DNA of 64,000 bases from Paracoccaceae bacterium (GCA_037190175.1 JBBCJM010000004.1:3164-67163), one strand, 5' to 3'. Numbered from the stretch's first letter, positions 17,949-27,233 are shown. Program-made: numbers and translations. Notes: generated by a model from the sequence alone, not told the origin.

Positions 17949-19612
17949 TCCCGTTCCTCCATTCCCACGCCTGCCAAATGCCGGCCGGTGATCCAGCCGA
18001 AGGTCATCGCGGGCCCGAGGGTGATCCCCGCGCCCGGATAATTGCCGCCCATGATGCTGGCGCGGTCGTTGCCCACGGCATAGAGGCCGGGGATGGCCTG
18101 TCCCTGCCGGTCCAGCACCTCGCCGGGAACCGTGGTCTTCAGCCCGTCGAAGGTGCCCAGGTCCCCCATCTCCAGCCGCACCGCATAGAACGGCCCGCGC
18201 TCCACCGGGGCCACGCAGGGGTTGGGCCGGTGGTCGGGGTCGGCGAGATAGCGGTTGAAGCTGGTCTCGCCGCGGTGGAACGCCTCGTCCCGCCCCTGCC
18301 GCGCGCCGCGGTTGTACTCGGCCACCGTCGCCTCCAGCCCCGCGGGGTCGATCCCGCAGACGCGGGCGAGGTCGGCGAGCGTGCGGCCGGTCTTGAGATA
18401 GCCGGTGCGGGTCCAGAGCCACAGGGGCAGCGGCGCGGGCTTGGCGTGGCCGAGGCCGTATTTGCGGATCGTGCGGCGGTCGCAGACCAGCCAGCAGGCG
18501 GCCTCGCCCGCCGCCAGCATCGCGGCGCCCACGTCGTGATAGCTCTCGCTCTCGTTGGTGAAGCGGCGGCCGTCGGACAGCACCGCGATCATCCCGGGCT
18601 TGTAGCGGTCCAGCAGGTGGGGGAAGACGCCCTTCCCCGGCACCCGGCTGACCGGCATCCAGGCCGCGGGCTGGGCGAATTCGGCGTCGAAGGCGCCGCC
18701 CGCCTCCTCCCCCAGCCGGATGCCGTCGCCGGTGTTGTCCCCGGGCACCGGGGAGTGGTGTTCGCCCCCGGCCTTCAGGTGGGCATAGACCCCGGCGCGG
18801 CGGGCCAGATCCTGGGCATAGCCGCCGCAGGCCAGCACCACGCCCTTGCGCGCCCCGATCACACCGGCCGGCGTCTCGGCCCCCGTCACCCGGCCACCCT
18901 CGCGCACCAGCCGCAGGGCGGGGGTGCCGGTCAGGATCGGGATCCCGAGGTCGAAGCAGCTCTTCGCCAGCCGCGCCGCCAGCGCATTGCCCGAGGTCAC
19001 CTGCACCCCCCGCCCGTGGCGCACCACCTCGACCGCATGGGCCGCCAGCCGGCGGGCGACATAGAGGAAGGATTGCAACGACCTGGTGGCGTTGAAGAAG
19101 TGCCTGATGTCGGCGTTGGAGGAGTTGAACATCATCCCCATGAAGGTGATGGTCGCAAGCGGCGGGCGCAGCCGTTTCAGGTTCTCGCCAAGGGTGCTGC
19201 TGTCATAGGGCGCGGCCAGCACCGAGCGGCCCACGTCCACGCCCCCCTCCACCGTGGGGTGATAGTCGGGGTAGAGCGTGGGCACGAACCGCACCTCGGT
19301 CTCCCTCTCGAACCAGTCCAGCATCCGGGGGCCGGCGTCCAGGAAGGCCTCGACCGCCGCGGGCTGGAAGAAGTTGCCGGCCTCGGCGCGCAGATAGGTC
19401 CGCGCCGCCTCGCGCGAGTCGCCGGGGTTCAGCGCCTGCCCGTGGCGGTTGCCGGGGATCCACAGCACCCCACCGGAAAAGGCCGTGGTGCCGCCGAACA
19501 CCGGCGCCTTTTCCAGCACGGTCACCGAAAGCCCGTGCCTGCGCGCGGTGAGGGCGGTGGCCAGCCCCCCGGCCCCCGAACCGATCACCAGCACGTCGCA
19601 GTCTGCCTGCAT
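17945..19612 (-). CDS. FAD-dependent oxidoreductase, KstD-like (paralog C)
   Basis: Internal ATG at 19612 after GGGAGGAGGGG. Sequence MQADCDVLVIGSGAGGLATALTA...EKAPVFGGTTAFSGGVLWIP. C-terminal GLYAVGNDRASIMGGNYPGAGITLGP. Confidence 0.9.
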   Translation of the reverse strand: MQADCDVLVIGSGAGGLATALTARRHGLSVTVLEKAPVFGGTTAFSGGVLWIPGNRHGQALNPGDSREAARTYLRAEAGNFFQPAAVEAFLDAGPRMLDWFERETEVRFVPTLYPDYHPTVEGGVDVGRSVLAAPYDSSTLGENLKRLRPPLATITFMGMMFNSSNADIRHFFNATRSLQSFLYVARRLAAHAVEVVRHGRGVQVTSGNALAARLAKSCFDLGIPILTGTPALRLVREGGRVTGAETPAGVIGARKGVVLACGGYAQDLARRAGVYAHLKAGGEHHSPVPGDNTGDGIRLGEEAGGAFDAEFAQPAAWMPVSRVPGKGVFPHLLDRYKPGMIAVLSDGRRFTNESESYHDVGAAMLAAGEAACWLVCDRRTIRKYGLGHAKPAPLPLWLWTRTGYLKTGRTLADLARVCGIDPAGLEATVAEYNRGARQGRDEAFHRGETSFNRYLADPDHRPNPCVAPVERGPFYAVRLEMGDLGTFDGLKTTVPGEVLDRQGQAIPGLYAVGNDRASIMGGNYPGAGITLGPAMTFGWITGRHLAGVGMEERE

Positions 19613-19694
19613 GGCGTCCCCTCCTCCCGCTGCCCGTCTGCTAGCCCGCGCGGGCCGGCCGTCCAATGGACGCAGCGGCGCAACTGTTGGACGA

Positions 19695-21332
19695 TCAGGG
19701 GATCTCGGGCGTGCGCGGCATCTCGTGCCCGTGGCCATGGTCGGGAGGCCGGACCGTGTGACGCTCCAGCTTGCGATGCGCCACGGGCGGGCCGTCGCCG
19801 CGGTGCAGCAGCAGAAGCTGGCGATGGTTCTCGGCATCCGCCTGGGTGCGGCGCTGCATCATGCGGATGTAATCGGTCCAGGTCGCCACGTGATAGCTTT
19901 CCGACCACAGGTGCGGGTCCGAGAGGTCGCGCAGGAGCACCCAGTTCGAGGCGCCGTTGCGCAGCCGGATCCGCCGCCGCTCGGCCATCACCGCCATGAA
20001 GGCCGGAATGTCGGGATCGTCGATCAGATAGTCCACGGTGACGAGGATCGGCCCGCTCTGCGGCCGGATGTCCAGCTTGGGCGGCGGCGGCGTCACGTTG
20101 CCGGTGGGGTCCAGCGTCGCGGCGTCGGTGGGCAGCAGCGGCAGCACCAGCCCCAGCGCCAGCGAGGCCAAAAGCGCACCCCCCGCCCCCACCAGCGCCA
20201 CGTCCAGGCCCAGGAGGTCGGCGCTCCAGCCGTGGAACCAGCTGCCCAGCGCCATGCCGCCGAAGGTGCAGGTCTGATAGATCGACAGCGCCCGGCCCAC
20301 CACCCAGCGGGGGCTGGAAAACTGCACCGACACGTTGAAGAGCGACAGCGCCAGCACCCAGGCCGCGCCCGCGGGCAGCATCGCCAGATGGCTGAGCAGG
20401 CTATTGCGGCTGAGCCCCAGCACGATGGCCCCCACCCCCAGCGCCGCGCAGGCGAGCCGGATGATCCCCTCGTTGGACAGCAGCGCCCGCAGCCGCTGGT
20501 TCATCAGCGCCGCGCCGATCGCGCCCAGGCCGAAGGCGCCCAGCAGCGTGCCGTAGCCCAGCGCCCCAGCGGCCACGTACTGGCTGGCCACCGAGGGCAT
20601 CAGCGCCATCACCGCGATCCCGATGTAGCTGAAGACGAAGGCCCGCAGCATCACGGTCAGCAGCCGGGGCGACAAAAGCACATAGCGGATCCCCGCCCGC
20701 ATCGCACCGCCGAAGCGTTCGCGCGGCAGGGTGCGCGGCTCGCGCTTGGGCTTCCAGCGCCAGATCGCCCAGATGAGCGGCAGGTAGCTGAGCGCGTTCA
20801 GCGCGAAGGCCGTGAACACGCCCGCCACGGCCACGATCATCCCGCCCAGCGCCGGCCCGACGCTGCGCATCAGGTTGAAGCCCACGCTGTTCAGGCTGAC
20901 CGCCTGGGGCACCTCGTCCCGCGTCACGATATCGCCGACCGAAGCCTGCCAGGAGGGGTTGTTCAGCGCATTGCCGCAGCCGATCAGGAAGGTGAAGCCC
21001 AGAAGGATCCAGGGGCTGAGCCCGTCCAGCAGCGTGAGCGCGGCCAGCCCGAAGGAGGCCGCCATCATCAGCGCCTGCGCCCAGAGCAGCACGTGGCGAC
21101 GGTCGAGGTTGTCGGCCAGCACCCCGGCCATCATCGAGAACATCATCACCGGCAGCGTGCTGGCCGCCTGCACCAGCGCGATCATGCTGTTCGAATCGGT
21201 CATGAGCGTCATGGTCCAGCCCACGCCCACCACCTGGATCAGCCCGCCGAGGTTCGAGACCAGAAGCGCCAGCCACAGCGACCGGAACACCGGATTGCGC
21301 AGGGGCGCGAGTGTGGATTTGTGTTGCTGCAC
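19695..21332 (-). CDS. MFS transporter (MFS_3 / EntS-like 'transmembrane secretion effector' type) with ~145-aa soluble C-terminal extension
   Basis: GTG start. N-terminus PLRNPVFRSLWLALLVSNLGG; about 12 TM segments to residue ~400. This is followed by a non-membrane tail (ILVTVDYLIDDPDIPAFMAVMAERRRIRLRNGASNWVLLRDLSDPHLWSESY...). Confidence 0.85.
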   Translation of the reverse strand: MQQHKSTLAPLRNPVFRSLWLALLVSNLGGLIQVVGVGWTMTLMTDSNSMIALVQAASTLPVMMFSMMAGVLADNLDRRHVLLWAQALMMAASFGLAALTLLDGLSPWILLGFTFLIGCGNALNNPSWQASVGDIVTRDEVPQAVSLNSVGFNLMRSVGPALGGMIVAVAGVFTAFALNALSYLPLIWAIWRWKPKREPRTLPRERFGGAMRAGIRYVLLSPRLLTVMLRAFVFSYIGIAVMALMPSVASQYVAAGALGYGTLLGAFGLGAIGAALMNQRLRALLSNEGIIRLACAALGVGAIVLGLSRNSLLSHLAMLPAGAAWVLALSLFNVSVQFSSPRWVVGRALSIYQTCTFGGMALGSWFHGWSADLLGLDVALVGAGGALLASLALGLVLPLLPTDAATLDPTGNVTPPPPKLDIRPQSGPILVTVDYLIDDPDIPAFMAVMAERRRIRLRNGASNWVLLRDLSDPHLWSESYHVATWTDYIRMMQRRTQADAENHRQLLLLHRGDGPPVAHRKLERHTVRPPDHGHGHEMPRTPEIP

Positions 21333-21467
21333 CCTCCGGCCCCTCCCCGCCGGCCCGGTCCGCCGTCCGGGGGTGGCCGCCCGGCCCGATTCCGGCGGCG
21401 CAGGTATCTATGTTCCCCGGCGGGGCGGATCTTGCAACTCCCGTTCTGTCCCGGGGGGCGGGGGCGA

Positions 21468-22547
21468 CTATTCCGTCGCCCAGTCGGCCGACTGCATCTC
21501 GATCAGCCGGCTGGCGGTGCGGGCGAATTCGAAGGTGCCCTCGCCTTCGAGGTACAGCTGCTCGGGCGCCGCCGCGGCGCTGGCCACCAGCTTCACCCGC
21601 GCCTCGTAAAGCGCGTCGATCAGGGTCACGAACCGCTTCGCCTCGTTGTAGTTCTCGGCCGACAACTGCGGGATGTCCTCCAGGATCAGCACCCGGACCG
21701 CCTGCGCCAGCGCCAGGTAGTCGGCCGGCCCCAGGGGGCGGGCGCAGAGGTCCCAGAAGGTCGCCCGCGCCACGCCGCTGGCAAAGCGGGGCAGTTCCAC
21801 CTCGCGCCCGTTCACGGCCAGCCGCAGGGTCTCGGGCGGCGCGCCGCCGGTCAGGTCGGCCCACATCGCCTCGATCCGCCCGCCCGCGGCGCTGGCCGGG
21901 TGGAAATAGACCTGCGCCCCGGCCAGCCGATGGCGGCGATAGTCGGTCGGGCTTTCCAGTTCCACCACCTCCAGCCGCTGCCGCAACAGGCCGATGAAGG
22001 GCAGGAACAGGTTGCGGTTCAGCCCGTCCTTGTACAGGTCCTCCGGCGGGCGGTTCGAGGTCGCCACCACCACCACGCCGCCGGCGAACAGCTTCTCGAA
22101 CAGCCGGCCCACGATCATCGCATCGGTGATGTCGGTGACCTGCAACTCGTCGAAGGCCAGAAGCCGCAGGTCGCGCAGCAGCGCCTCGGCCACCGGGGCC
22201 AGCGCATCCTCCACCCCTTGCTGGCGGGCCGCGTGCATCCCCCGGTGCACCTCCTGCATGAAGGCGTGGAAATGCACCCGCCGCTTGGCCGGCGTGTCGG
22301 TGGCGGCGTGGAACAGGTCCATCAGCATCGACTTGCCGCGCCCCACGCCGCCCCAGAGGTAAAGGCCCTTCGGCGCCGGCTCGGGCCGGCGGAAGCGGGA
22401 GAGGAAGCCGTTGCGCCGCCCGCCCTGCGCCTCCAGCCACTCGCGCAGGGCTTGCAGACGGGGCAGCACCGCGTGCTGGGCAGGGTCGGGGCGCAACAGC
22501 CCCGCCGCCACCCGCGCCTCGTAGATCTCGGTCAGGCTTTCGCTCAT
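21468..22547 (-). CDS. zapE: Cell division protein ZapE (AFG1-like ATPase)
   Basis: 359 aa. Walker A GGVGRGKSMLMD, Walker B LLAFDELQVTDI, SNRPPEDLY; typical AFG1/ZapE layout. Confidence 0.9.
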   Translation of the reverse strand: MSESLTEIYEARVAAGLLRPDPAQHAVLPRLQALREWLEAQGGRRNGFLSRFRRPEPAPKGLYLWGGVGRGKSMLMDLFHAATDTPAKRRVHFHAFMQEVHRGMHAARQQGVEDALAPVAEALLRDLRLLAFDELQVTDITDAMIVGRLFEKLFAGGVVVVATSNRPPEDLYKDGLNRNLFLPFIGLLRQRLEVVELESPTDYRRHRLAGAQVYFHPASAAGGRIEAMWADLTGGAPPETLRLAVNGREVELPRFASGVARATFWDLCARPLGPADYLALAQAVRVLILEDIPQLSAENYNEAKRFVTLIDALYEARVKLVASAAAAPEQLYLEGEGTFEFARTASRLIEMQSADWATE

Positions 22548-22569
22548 GGCACCGTGGTTTAGCGGGCCG

Positions 22570-22833
22570 TCAGCCGCTGTGCCAGAGCGTGCTGGCCGCG
22601 ATCAGCGCGACCAGCGCCGCGGTCAGCCAGCCCAGCCGCCGGCGGTCGGCGGCGAACTCGGGTTCGGTCAGGAAGGCGCGGAACGAGCGCAGCGTGGCCC
22701 CGGGGCCGGGAAAGGCGATGCCGCTCTCGGCCACCGCCCGGCGGCGCAGGCGGAACAGGGTGCGGAACATCGCCGCCGCCCAGAGCACGAAGACCATGGC
22801 CTGCACCGCCAGCAGGGCGACCAGCCCGTCCAT
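22570..22833 (-). CDS. Small hypothetical membrane protein (87 aa, two predicted TM segments)
   Basis: The ATG shares one base with the DUF1428 stop (TGATG). There are hydrophobic segments at both ends. No family recognised. Confidence 0.45.
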   Translation of the reverse strand: MDGLVALLAVQAMVFVLWAAAMFRTLFRLRRRAVAESGIAFPGPGATLRSFRAFLTEPEFAADRRRLGWLTAALVALIAASTLWHSG

Positions 22834-23195
22834 CAGCCCGGCAGCCCCCGCACCACCAGCCCGCGGAACCCGCCCCAGATCATCCGCTTGCGGTCGAAGG
22901 GAGGGTCGGGGTCGTCATAGGCCAGCCGCGGGTCGGCCATCACCGCGGCGTTGATGCGGTCGCGGCCGGCGCGGTCGGGATAGCCGATGAAGCTGAAGAA
23001 CGGCACTTCCCCCGGCCGCAGGTCCACCGCCCGGGCGAAGTCGGTCACCTCGCCCGCCGGCACGTCGTCGCCCGCCGCCTCCACCGCGAACAGCGCGCCG
23101 TGCTCCATCCAGATGTCCAGCGCCTTTTCCGCCATCTTGCGGTAGGCGTCGATCCTGTCGGCCGGAACGGGAAGCACGAAGCCGTCGATATACAT
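22833..23195 (-). CDS. DUF1428 domain-containing protein
   Basis: Internal ATG at 23195: MYIDGFVLPVPADRIDAYRKMAEKALDIWMEHGAL...FDRKRMIWGGF. About 120 aa. Confidence 0.7.
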   Translation of the reverse strand: MYIDGFVLPVPADRIDAYRKMAEKALDIWMEHGALFAVEAAGDDVPAGEVTDFARAVDLRPGEVPFFSFIGYPDRAGRDRINAAVMADPRLAYDDPDPPFDRKRMIWGGFRGLVVRGLPG

Positions 23196-23199
23196 GGCA

Positions 23200-23742
23200 T
23201 CACTCCTGCAAGGGGCCCAGCCAGCGGGCGGCCGCCGGCACCCGGCCGAAGTCCAGATAGAAGTCGTCCAGCTGCGGCGGCGGCACCGAGGTTCCCGACA
23301 GCATGGCATGGGCCTGCCCGCGGTGGTGGATCTGGTGCTGGAAAAGGTGCAGCAGGATCAGGTCCACCCGCTCCTCCACCCGTCCGCGGTCGCCCCGGTC
23401 GGTCACCACCCGGCGGGGCAGGTCGGCGGCCGCCAGCCCCTCGCAGAACCCGATCAGCCGGCGGTCCTGCGCGCCCTGCGCCGCGGCCAGCCCCTCGCGG
23501 CCCGCAAACACCGGCGCCTCGCGGAAGGCCCGGGGGCCGAGCCCGCCGCCGGTCAGCGCGTCGGTGTAATAGAGGTCGATCGCGTGGATGTGGTGCAGCG
23601 TGGCCGAGAGCGAGGGGAAGAAGCCCACCCGCGGCGCCTCCCACTCGCCCGGTTGCAGCCGGGCGCAGGCCTCCAGCAGGATTTCGTTGGCGCAGGCGCT
23701 GTTGCGCGCCATCAGCGCCAGTTGCGCCACCGCGGGGTCCAT
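23200..23742 (-). CDS. DinB family protein (His-triad four-helix bundle)
   Basis: C-terminal 180 aa of track ORF 23200..25074. The ATG at 23742 shares one base with the fahA stop. Motifs LHHIHAIDLYY and HLFQHQIHHRGQ. Confidence 0.8.
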   Translation of the reverse strand: MDPAVAQLALMARNSACANEILLEACARLQPGEWEAPRVGFFPSLSATLHHIHAIDLYYTDALTGGGLGPRAFREAPVFAGREGLAAAQGAQDRRLIGFCEGLAAADLPRRVVTDRGDRGRVEERVDLILLHLFQHQIHHRGQAHAMLSGTSVPPPQLDDFYLDFGRVPAAARWLGPLQE

Positions 23743-24989
23743 CACGGCACCGAGGGCAGCGCCGCCACCACCTGCCCGCTGCACTCGCCGAAGCCCACGC
23801 GGAAGCCGTCGCCCTGCGCGTGCCCCCGCAGCACCACCACGTCGCCGTCCTCCAGGAAGCTGCGGCTGACGCCGCCGGGCAGCGCCAGCGGCTCCTTGCC
23901 GCCCCAGGAGAGTTCCAGCATCGAGCCGCGGCTGTCCTTCCCCGGCCCCGAGATGGTGCCCGAGCCCAGCAGATCCCCCACCGTCATCGGGCAGCCGCAG
24001 AGCGTGTGGTGCGCCAGTTGCTGGGCGAAGGAGAAATACATCTCGCGGTAGTTGGTGCGCGAGACCACGGTTTCCCCCTGCCCGCCCGGCGCCAGCGCCA
24101 CGGACAGGTCGATGTCCCAGGACGCCTTCTCCGGCGCCTCCAGATAGGGCAGCACCGGCACCTCGCGCGGGGGCAGCGCGGTGCGGAAGGGCTCCAGCGC
24201 GGCCTTCATCACGATCCAGGGGCTGATGGTGGTGGCGGTGGCCTTGGCCTGGAACGGGCCCAGCGGCTGGTATTCCCACCCCTGGATGTCGCGCGCCGAC
24301 CAGTCGTTCAGCAGGACGAAGCCGAAGATCATCTCCTCGGCCCGCGCCACGCCGACCGGCCCGTCCGAGGCGGTGCCGACGATGGCGCCCAGTTCCAGCT
24401 CGAAGTCGAACCGGGCCGAGGGCGCCAGCACCGGCGGGCCGTCGCCGCGCTTCAGCTGCCCCCAGGGCCGGCGCACCGGCGCGCCCGAGACCACCACCGA
24501 GGATGCCCGCCCGTTGTAGCCGATGGGCAGGTGCAGCCAGTTGGGCGGCAGCGCGTTCTCGGCCCCGCGCAGCATGGTGCCCACGTTCATCGCATGGTGC
24601 TTGCCCGCGTAGAAGTCGGTGTATTCCGCCACCAGCAGCGGCAGGTGCAGCCGCACGGCCGGCCGCGGGTGCAGGTAATGCTCGACCTCCACCCGCGTCT
24701 CGGCCCCCTCGCCCAGGAACCCGGTCAGCAGCAGCCGCAGCCGCGCCCAGGCGGCGGGGCCAAGCTCCATCACCTCGTTCCAGAACGGCACGTCCAGCAC
24801 CGCATGGTCGGCCAGCCGCAACAGCCCCGCGCGTTCCATCCCCGCCACGTCCAGCACATGGTCGCCGATGGCCACCCCGCAGCGCGGGTCCTCGCCGGCC
24901 ACGTCGAAGACCCCCAGCGCGAGGTTGTTCAGGGGAAACTCGCCCTCGGGATCGTTGGCCCCGGGAACCCAGCTGCGGCGCAGGCTCAT
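23742..24989 (-). CDS. fahA: Fumarylacetoacetase
   Basis: Internal ATG at 24989 (ATGA overlap). 415 aa: FPLNNLALGVF..., YTDFYAGKHHA, LPIGYNGRASS, LLNDWSARDIQ.WEYQPLGPF, GDLLGSGTISG. Confidence 0.9.
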   Translation of the reverse strand: MSLRRSWVPGANDPEGEFPLNNLALGVFDVAGEDPRCGVAIGDHVLDVAGMERAGLLRLADHAVLDVPFWNEVMELGPAAWARLRLLLTGFLGEGAETRVEVEHYLHPRPAVRLHLPLLVAEYTDFYAGKHHAMNVGTMLRGAENALPPNWLHLPIGYNGRASSVVVSGAPVRRPWGQLKRGDGPPVLAPSARFDFELELGAIVGTASDGPVGVARAEEMIFGFVLLNDWSARDIQGWEYQPLGPFQAKATATTISPWIVMKAALEPFRTALPPREVPVLPYLEAPEKASWDIDLSVALAPGGQGETVVSRTNYREMYFSFAQQLAHHTLCGCPMTVGDLLGSGTISGPGKDSRGSMLELSWGGKEPLALPGGVSRSFLEDGDVVVLRGHAQGDGFRVGFGECSGQVVAALPSVP

Positions 24990-25909
24990 AATGCAATCTC
25001 CATTCCGTCGCGGCCCACCGTGACCGGGCCATTCCAAACCTCGCCCGCCGCGGCCAGCCAGTCGGCCTCGCCAAAGGCGGGATCGTCGGCGGGGATCAGG
25101 TGGTGCAGCACCAGCCGCCCCGCCCCTGCCGCCCGGGCGATGCGGGCAGCGTTCTCCACGGTGCAATGCGCCATGTGCAGGTGGTTGCGCAGAGCGGCGC
25201 CGAGCCCGGTCTTCTGCACGATGGCCTCCACCCCCGCGGGCAGCATCGCCTCGTGCACCAGCACCGCGCTGCCGCGCGCGAAGTCGGCCAGCGGCGGGTG
25301 ATAGGCGGTATCGCCCGAGAAGGTGACCGAGGCCGCCCCGTCGAAGCGCAGGGCGAAGCAGTTCTCCAAGGGCGGATGCGGCACCCGCAGCGCCGAGACG
25401 CGCAGGCCCGGCCCGGCCAGAACCTCGCCCTCCTCCAGCACATGCAGGCGGATCAGGTCGGCCAGCGGCGCGCGGCCCTCGTCATGGATGCGGATGGTGA
25501 TGTCATAGGCCAGCGCGGCCATGAAGCCTTGCAGATAGACGTCCAGCCCCTTCGGCCCCCAGATCTGGACGGGCGCGGTCCGCCCGGTGGTCCAGGCGGT
25601 GTGCAGCAGGGGGCCGAGTTCCAGCACATGGTCGGAATGCAGGTGGGAGACGAAGACATGGTCAAGGCTGCGCAGATCCGCCCCGGCCTGAACCAGGCTG
25701 CGGGTGACGCCCAGCCCGCAGTCCACCACGCAGCGCCGCCCGGCGATGTCCAGCAGCGATGAGGTCGGCATCGCCCCGCCCTGCCGCACCGCCGGCCCGC
25801 CCTTGACGCCCAGGAGCACCAGCCGGTCGGGCCGGGCGGCGGCCGGCGCGGGCTCCGGCAGGGGCTCGGCGCTCAGCACCGGGCGCAGGGGCAGGGTGTC
25901 CTCGGGCAT
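24986..25909 (-). CDS. MBL-fold metallo-hydrolase (RNase Z / beta-lactamase-like)
   Basis: HLHSDH motif. ATG at 25909 has SD GGAGA; the track start at 25933 is a GTG alternative. The stop overlaps the fahA start. Confidence 0.85.
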   Translation of the reverse strand: MPEDTLPLRPVLSAEPLPEPAPAAARPDRLVLLGVKGGPAVRQGGAMPTSSLLDIAGRRCVVDCGLGVTRSLVQAGADLRSLDHVFVSHLHSDHVLELGPLLHTAWTTGRTAPVQIWGPKGLDVYLQGFMAALAYDITIRIHDEGRAPLADLIRLHVLEEGEVLAGPGLRVSALRVPHPPLENCFALRFDGAASVTFSGDTAYHPPLADFARGSAVLVHEAMLPAGVEAIVQKTGLGAALRNHLHMAHCTVENAARIARAAGAGRLVLHHLIPADDPAFGEADWLAAAGEVWNGPVTVGRDGMEIAL

Positions 25910-25966
25910 GGGCGTCTCCGGGGGCTTTCGCACGAGCCTAGGGGCAGGCGGCGGGCTCCGCTACCG

Positions 25967-27085
25967 TCAAATCGCCCCGGCGGTGGCCCGCGCCATGCCG
26001 CGCAGCATCATCCCGCCCATCGCCGCCGCCGCCAGCGTGGCCGCAGCCAGCGCCGGGAAGAACAGCGCCTGCCCGGCCGCCTGCATGAGCTGCGCCATGA
26101 CCAGCGGGGCCAGCGCATAGCCCACCAGCCCCGCCGCGATCACCGCCGGCCCCACCCGCGGGTGGTCGCCCATCTGCCGCACCGCGCTGACGTAGAAGCC
26201 GGGGAAGACCAGCGCCACGCAGCCCCCCAGCGGCACGAAGGCCCAGACCGACCCGCCCGCCACCAGCGCGGCGAAGGCCCCCGTGCCCGCCAGCGCGCCC
26301 ACCAGCAGCGCGAAGGGCGGCACGCGCGCGGCCACCGGCACCAGCGCCAGCCGGGCGACCAGGAAGGCGGTGAAGAAGGCCGAAAGATACTCGGCCGCGC
26401 CCCTCTCGCTGACCCCCAGCGCGATCAGCGCCACCGGGCCCAGGCCCACCAGGCACGCCTCCGCCCCGATCCCCAGCGCGCCGAAGCCCAGGATCGCCGG
26501 GCGCCAGCGGAAGGGGCCGCCCGCCGGGCCCGCGGCCTCCGCCACGGCCGGCCCGGTATTCCCGGCCAGACCCATCACCAGCAGCATCAGCCCCGCGATG
26601 ATCCCGTAGGCCAGCCGCGGGTCGCTGCCCAGCGCCACGAAGGCCAGCGGCGCGCCGATGGCGCCGATCCCGAACACCGCGTTGACCAGCGCCAGCATCG
26701 ACGGCCCCCGCGCCCCGAAGGCGGCCAGGAAGCGGCGGTTGTAGATCACCGTGCTCATCCCGTAGCCGGCGCCGAAGGCCGCCGCGGCCAGCAGGGTGAC
26801 CGCCAGCCCCGCGCCCGCCGCGATCCCCGCCGTGCCCAGCGCCATGACGGCCAATGCGGTGCGCGGCCCGATGCGGTCGCCGCGCAGGAACATCGCCGCC
26901 ACGCCCGCCGCGCAGCCCACCGAGTGGAAGGGGATCAGCAGCCCCGCCTCGGCCACCCCGGTGGCGAAGGCCCGGGCAAAGGCCGGCAGCGCCGCGCCGT
27001 ACAGCGACTGCCCCGCCCCCATCAGCACGAAACTGGCGATGCCGGCGATCACCAGCCCCGCATTCGCCCGCAACTCCGCCCGCAT
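25967..27085 (-). CDS. MFS transporter
   Basis: About 372 aa, 12 hydrophobic segments. ATG at 27085 is preferred over the TTG at 27100. Confidence 0.8.
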   Translation of the reverse strand: MRAELRANAGLVIAGIASFVLMGAGQSLYGAALPAFARAFATGVAEAGLLIPFHSVGCAAGVAAMFLRGDRIGPRTALAVMALGTAGIAAGAGLAVTLLAAAAFGAGYGMSTVIYNRRFLAAFGARGPSMLALVNAVFGIGAIGAPLAFVALGSDPRLAYGIIAGLMLLVMGLAGNTGPAVAEAAGPAGGPFRWRPAILGFGALGIGAEACLVGLGPVALIALGVSERGAAEYLSAFFTAFLVARLALVPVAARVPPFALLVGALAGTGAFAALVAGGSVWAFVPLGGCVALVFPGFYVSAVRQMGDHPRVGPAVIAAGLVGYALAPLVMAQLMQAAGQALFFPALAAATLAAAAMGGMMLRGMARATAGAI

Positions 27086-27233
27086 CCCGGCCCCCGGCAA
27101 CCCGCCGGCCGCCTCTGGCCCTGCGGCGCGGCAAGGTCAAGCCCGTGCCGCGCACCTTCACGCCGGCGCGATCACCGGGCTTGCGGCGGCGCGGCGAAGA
27201 GGGCAGCCTGCGCGCCGAAAAGGGGGGCCTTCC

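Noticed and set aside
19449-22562. 1037-aa plus-strand ORF, the longest in the track
   Set aside because: It lies antisense to the MFS transporter and zapE genes, which have clear family motifs. Its translation is Arg/Pro/Gly/His/Gln-rich low complexity with no recognisable domain. This is a typical GC-rich shadow ORF.
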